Source: Eubacteriales bacterium (GTDB lineage Bacteria; Bacillota; Clostridia; Oscillospirales; CAG-382). Taken from it: 64,000 bases of DNA. The stretch spans positions 1,437 through 65,436 of the forward strand of contig JAZOTA010000036.1 of assembly GCA_045657425.1 (NCBI GenBank), given 5' to 3'. Position numbers and translations under genes: made by a program. This document shows, in pieces, positions 60,301 through 64,000 of this stretch. Numbering within the stretch: the first letter of the stretch is position 1; each line of letters starts with the position of its first letter. The notes under the pieces are model-generated. The model worked only from the letters and a program-made list of their open reading frames with translations, was not told where the DNA came from and did not search any database.

Positions 60301-60879
60301 AACAGGAACGTTAGGAGTGCTGCCGCCGAGTCCTGTATCGGCAATCCAACCGTCGCCAACCGAAATTCCTGCTTTATATTCAACAGATTTTTTGGTTACT
60401 CCTGCAGAGCCGACAATCGGGAGATAGTAATTAGCCGATTTGGGAGCTGTAAAGCCGATTCCCTCAAAGCTTACTTTTTCAACAACAATATCATCGATAT
60501 TTACTTTTCCGTAGACGATATTTTCGTTATACAGAGTATTACCTGCGCCAAGAACGATGCGAAGCTCATTTTCGCCGTCAATAAGATCGGTTGTTTTTAT
60601 AGAAACAACGTTTTCGCCGTCGACGAGATTAACAAGCTTCTTACCGTTGAGCTGTATTTGGCTCAATGCGTTACCGGAGTCGGAAACCTTAATATGAGCA
60701 GTAAACTCAAAATCGGTTGATGCTTTATAATCAACACCGTCAATAGTAACGGTATCAGCATCATTATTATCAAACACAACAACACCGCAAAGCATCTCCG
60801 GCGATGCGGCAAACGCGGTTAAAGGAAGGCACGATAACACTATAATAGATAATAAAATTGTCACTATAATGCGTTTCAT
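57361..60879 (-). CDS. Surface-anchored calcineurin-like metallophosphoesterase with Ig-like and InlB B-repeat-like domains
   Basis: SDTQYY, HTGDLVD, GNHD, THEY, CGH metal motifs; VDNSAP...DAVGN Ig-like; PFKTGYEFIGWY; signal peptide and C-terminal TM. Confidence 0.82.
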   Translation of the reverse strand: MKRIIVTILLSIIVLSCLPLTAFAASPEMLCGVVVFDNNDADTVTIDGVDYKASTDFEFTAHIKVSDSGNALSQIQLNGKKLVNLVDGENVVSIKTTDLIDGENELRIVLGAGNTLYNENIVYGKVNIDDIVVEKVSFEGIGFTAPKSANYYLPIVGSAGVTKKSVEYKAGISVGDGWIADTGLGGSTPNVPVYVGYVFDYSKDNGMFIIDTNKINDGDHIAQFKKNGKVVSEKKFTVDNSAPVIEFSVKDGALVSKLQKVSFNANDISSVKTELLVDGKRSVSINPKKLSIGKHVAVVTAIDAVGNKSINTLRFEVTEKLYHVEFFEENLNISVLGSGKIYSGQLLKDIRMLENRYGALNQDFLRSEDEVLVSFDDKAEIVTKSIGDSVPYQSFVINVDGVKDDEVLVSYSGTTGNGSDICLKAWNYNTSAWDKIASVKSGASVSVYVPLENYSYKKKMRINAMPEVVFNGSDTLLWNSDTQYYSRFEDLNEFYYKINEYAVDQYKKGNIGYYVHTGDLVDQTDAGDAIAHNEFKVASAAQKILDDALVPNGVVSGNHDVLHTSENYDYYWKYFGEDRYKDFDWYGGSLNNNMHHYDLISLGGYDFVFLYIGNQKENDEDLIAWANNVCKAYPTRNVVLCTHEYLLPSGAYSCDRAEVIWEKIVVPNENVKMILCGHNEGVCDQIKQVGDTDRYVLEILADYQFAELGVGPQHVVNGCTCDGEGFVRLMTFNDAGQVISKTYSPVASQFGQDPNNYYPSYSDSFVYDLDLINADRSICTSSFNVMHKPEFVGNVGEDDLSLKGCEAFFTEVEYNDAKSLSEIFVLWEYEVDYEPDEAPEYSNPVGERIEVTGYDYVSENFRMNEDNKFPNADFIEVALNLLPSDLNLLKRTSGTQEIETSINDNGVVSIFNKAGDANGHWITMGYNYYNKNINDPNPKYEVNGSDQIVLDLDKYNRLYFGVSTDKNAKWNIQINFAGTSLNFSQNKEIASKFGYVNNAPSDIRGTWNGYIDLSEFVSGKKVINSIYITNATNGEVVNFDYLFIGKSDAGKVRFITDENKVVTYENKVGDKVSLPGNPFKTGYEFIGWYTAKDGGEKVINDVPVSNQVTEIYARFTEKQYTKREVKTSNTEINLERPAYGKMIFVAASLAIMVMVVIVLLVKISKTKKKKAE

Positions 60880-60912
60880 AATTTTAGACTCCTGATATTC
60901 CTAATTACCTAT

Positions 60913-60941
60913 ATTATAGTATTTTTTTACCATTATGTCAA
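60913..60941 (-). promoter_or_regulatory. Consensus sigma-A promoter
   Basis: Minus strand TTGACA-17 nt-TATAAT. Confidence 0.72.
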
Positions 60942-61042
60942 GCATTTGAGCGTTACTGTTATGTGAACAAAGCTTAAATAAATACTTGAAAATTAATGTA
61001 AAAAGAATATGATGATTTTATCGTTATATATCGATGAATATA

Positions 61043-61080
61043 AATAAAGAAATGCCCTCAATGTGGGCATTTCTTTATTT
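61043..61080 (-). terminator. Intrinsic terminator
   Basis: AATAAAGAAATGCCC-TCAATGT-GGGCATTTCTTTATT perfect stem. Confidence 0.75.
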
Positions 61081-61096
61081 ATAAAATTACTTATCG

Positions 61097-62647
61097 TTAT
61101 TTAATAACATCGATAATGGTTTTAGCAACCTTTTCCATGCCGTTTTTATTGGGATGAAGCTTATCGACGGTAAATTGTGAGATATTCGAAGGAGTAATTC
61201 CGCTGTTGTTATAAAGGTCGATCAAATTAACTCCCATATTTGCCGCAATGGTTCTTATCGCTTCGTTATATGCAGATTCATCGATTCCCTGCTTATTGGT
61301 TGAACCGGAAAAACGTTTTCTATCAGGCAAGAACGTACAGCAATAAACCTCAACGCCCTCATATTTATCCAATATATTTTTAATCGTTCTTCCATACGCT
61401 TCGCTGAAATTGGTCGGGGTAACCGGAGGCTCGGTCTTGCCGTCGTAAGCCCCTACGGCCGTTCCTGCGGCATAATCGTTGACACCCATAAAGACTACCA
61501 CAACGTCGGGCTTCGCGCCATTTGAAGTGTTGTGGAGGTTCCGTGCTCGCACGTTATAGGTTTGAGCGGAATTCACAACCGATCCCGACCAGGAATTATT
61601 GACAGCAATTTCATATCCAAGCTCTTTTGCGACGATATGCCACCATGTATCTTGAACGGAAAGATTTGCACCTGCATAATTGTTGTTAGGGTACCAAATC
61701 GCATTGCCGCCGATTGAATTATTGTGCGACGTATTGTTTGACCAACCGCTGAAGGTAGAAATACTGTCGCCAAGAAATGAAATATATTTCTTTCCGTCGT
61801 TGTCGGTGTTGTTATCTGCTTCGGAATTCTTATAACCTTCGATTTTAAAGATCAAAGAATGGTTGTTCCCACCCTTAGATTCAAACACTCGGTTCCAAAA
61901 GCCGTGAGTGCCGTTGTTGCGCAAGAACATCGGCAAGACAGCCATATCGGTATCACCGAAAGCAAGTGTTTCATCAGGAGCGACTACAATTTCAAGATCA
62001 TTTACAGTAAGCCAATCTCCGCGTTTTACGTCCGAAAGCTTTCCTGTAAAATCCAATACAATCTTTTTACCGTTTTCAACCGTGCAATCATTCCTTGTAG
62101 TTGTGAAGTCCGATTTAACAACGTAAATCGGCATATACAATTTTTCGGAATCAACGGTATAACCGCTCGCAAGCGAGTCAAACGGGAAAGAAATCGAAGT
62201 AATTACAGTGTCCGAAAACAACGTCGTATCATAAAGTGCGAAAGGAGCATACAACGGAAGAAAAGGCGATTCGTAATTGCTAAGATTCGAGCTGTCGAAT
62301 AACGAAACGATTTCCTTTTTATTGTTTTCGTTAGGCTTTTCAGGTTCAGACGTATCATCCGAGGTATCACTAACATCTTCGCTCGATTCGTTCGATACTT
62401 CGTCAGATACTTCGTCCGATGTTTCATCAGAAGTGTCCGCGGAAGACTCAGGTTTGGTTAAAGAGGATTCGCTGTTACTGATTACGATATTACTTGAATC
62501 TTCTCCGATCACATCGCTGACAACGTTACTGATCTCGGATATATCTCCAATTATCGAGCTGTCGGCACCATCAGAAACTTCTGAGCAACCAACCGCTGTA
62601 GTAACAATTATGAGAAATGCAAATAATAACAATAATATTCTTTTCAT
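61097..62647 (-). CDS. Lipoprotein with SGNH/GDSL hydrolase domain
   Basis: Lipobox AVGC; Ser/Asp/Glu linker; LGDSIS, SWSGS, GVND, DKLHPN blocks. Confidence 0.85.
   Translation of the reverse strand: MKRILLLLFAFLIIVTTAVGCSEVSDGADSSIIGDISEISNVVSDVIGEDSSNIVISNSESSLTKPESSADTSDETSDEVSDEVSNESSEDVSDTSDDTSEPEKPNENNKKEIVSLFDSSNLSNYESPFLPLYAPFALYDTTLFSDTVITSISFPFDSLASGYTVDSEKLYMPIYVVKSDFTTTRNDCTVENGKKIVLDFTGKLSDVKRGDWLTVNDLEIVVAPDETLAFGDTDMAVLPMFLRNNGTHGFWNRVFESKGGNNHSLIFKIEGYKNSEADNNTDNDGKKYISFLGDSISTFSGWSNNTSHNNSIGGNAIWYPNNNYAGANLSVQDTWWHIVAKELGYEIAVNNSWSGSVVNSAQTYNVRARNLHNTSNGAKPDVVVVFMGVNDYAAGTAVGAYDGKTEPPVTPTNFSEAYGRTIKNILDKYEGVEVYCCTFLPDRKRFSGSTNKQGIDESAYNEAIRTIAANMGVNLIDLYNNSGITPSNISQFTVDKLHPNKNGMEKVAKTIIDVIK
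62345..62460 (-). repeat. Low-complexity Ser/Asp/Glu linker repeats (TSDE/VSDE)
   Basis: DTSDETSDEVSDEVSNESSEDVSDTSDDTSE in the translation. Confidence 0.6.
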
Positions 62648-62656
62648 AATTCAAAC

Positions 62657-63364
62657 CTACACATTAATTTTTAAATTTAGGCGTTGCATTAATTCCTTGC
62701 TTGGTTCGTGAATATGATCAAATCGGAAATTTAAATTCATATCGTCATACTTGACTTTGCATATCTTTTTAAACGGCAAAAGCTCGATTTTATCAACGCA
62801 TCGGAATTTATTAGCAAGTTGATTTAAAAAATCGATGCACTTTTCGTTATCGTTAAGTGTAGGAATAACAACATTTCTTAAAGTTGTCGGTATTTTCATT
62901 TCATTAAGCAATTCAAGAAAAGTCATTGGATTTTTCAAACTGCAACCGACATATTCTAAATAATCGGCATCGTTATCATACTTAACGTCGAGCAAAACCC
63001 TGTCAGTTACACTCAATGCTTTGACAACTTTATCGTTATTAACGCTTCCCGATGTGTCGAGACAAGTGTTAATTCCCTCATTGTGACATAAGGAAAACAA
63101 TTCATATACGAAATCCGCTTGAAGCAACGGCTCACCGCCCGAAACGGTAATCCCGCCCTTTGAACCGTAATATGATTTAAAGCGCTTTGCTTTTTCCAAA
63201 ATTTCCTGCGGTGTATATTCCTCACCGCCGTCAACACTCCAGGTTTCGGGATTGTGACAGCATCCGCAACGAAGATTGCATCCTTGCATAAAAACCACAA
63301 ACCTGATCCCCGGACCGTCAAGCGCGCCAAGACTTTGAATAGAATTGACTTTTCCTACCGTCAT
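62657..63364 (-). CDS. pflA: Pyruvate formate-lyase activating enzyme (radical SAM)
   Basis: [40 protein letters not shown]; downstream of pflB. Confidence 0.93.
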   Translation of the reverse strand: MTVGKVNSIQSLGALDGPGIRFVVFMQGCNLRCGCCHNPETWSVDGGEEYTPQEILEKAKRFKSYYGSKGGITVSGGEPLLQADFVYELFSLCHNEGINTCLDTSGSVNNDKVVKALSVTDRVLLDVKYDNDADYLEYVGCSLKNPMTFLELLNEMKIPTTLRNVVIPTLNDNEKCIDFLNQLANKFRCVDKIELLPFKKICKVKYDDMNLNFRFDHIHEPSKELMQRLNLKINV

Positions 63365-63999
63365 ATGCTTTCGTGGAAGGTGCGCACGATAACCTCGCGT
63401 TGTTGCTCACGCGAAAGCTTGCAGAAATTAACCGCATAACCCGAAACTCTTATTGTAAGGTTAGGATATTCTTCGGGGTTTTCATAAGCCTTCATCAAGG
63501 TTTCACGATTAAGCACGTTTACGTTGATATGATGCGCCTTATTGGCAAAATAACCGTCAAGAATAGATACAAGATTATCGATTCGTTCGTCCTCGCTCCT
63601 ACCAAGTGCTTGGGGAGTGATAGAAAACGTATTCGAAATACCGTCTCTGCAATCAGCATAATCGAGCTTTGCAACCGAGTTGAGCGAAGCGAGAGCGCCG
63701 TTCTTTTCACGGTTGTGCATCGGGTTTGCACCGGGCGCAAAGGGAGCGCCGGCAGGTCTACCGTCGGGCGTTGCGCCTGTATGCTTGCCGTAGGTAACGT
63801 TAGAAGTAATAGTAAGCACCGAAAGAGTATGCTCTGCATCACGGTAAGTTGGAGTTTTTCTGAGTTCGGTAATGACCTTGTGCGAAATCTCTTTTGCAAT
63901 CAAATCGACTCTGTCATCGTCATTACCGTATTGAGGAAATTCGCCAACAGTTTCAAAATCAACGATATATCCGCGCTCATCCTTAATAGGATGCACATT
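63361..63999 (-). CDS. pflB: Pyruvate formate-lyase, C-terminal part (5' truncated by window)
   Basis: [27 protein letters not shown], glycyl-radical motif [13 protein letters not shown]. Confidence 0.95.
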   Translation of the reverse strand, partial: NVHPIKDERGYIVDFETVGEFPQYGNDDDRVDLIAKEISHKVITELRKTPTYRDAEHTLSVLTITSNVTYGKHTGATPDGRPAGAPFAPGANPMHNREKNGALASLNSVAKLDYADCRDGISNTFSITPQALGRSEDERIDNLVSILDGYFANKAHHINVNVLNRETLMKAYENPEEYPNLTIRVSGYAVNFCKLSREQQREVIVRTFHESI

Positions 64000-64000
64000 T

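Overview
Chromosomal window from a low-GC Gram-positive anaerobe, most likely a spore-forming Clostridia (Oscillospirales/Ruminococcaceae-like; inferred from gene content such as yunB, a CwlD-like amidase, gdpP-rplI-dnaB-tilS-ftsH, the large SRP RNA ahead of dnaX-ybaB-recR, hprK, pduL, pflBA). About 18-64 kb is mostly housekeeping, with a few surface proteins. The accessory part is 2.5-16.2 kb: a DUF4855-like lipoprotein, a sipW operon, and an XRE regulator/methyltransferase pair bracketed by two copies of a palindromic repeat. The best candidate for an undescribed system is the sipW operon (5784-13835): SipW, four TasA/camelysin-like SipW substrates and a 1545-aa adhesin-like protein, with no sortase or LPXTG. 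The last residues of the large protein align with the mature N-terminal strand of the subunits, so it may dock on the fibre by strand donation. It also carries a mirror-symmetric 5+5 Cys/His repeat insert around an aromatic-rich segment, which may form a metal-zipped stalk. Other notable points: a XerD with non-canonical catalytic residues, an ECF sigma with an in-frame internal RBS/ATG, a degenerate DHHW protein, and a pduL/NifU-like/GGGtGRT operon. No CRISPR array, rRNA, tRNA or transposase was seen. All family calls come from motif recognition by eye; no database search was run.
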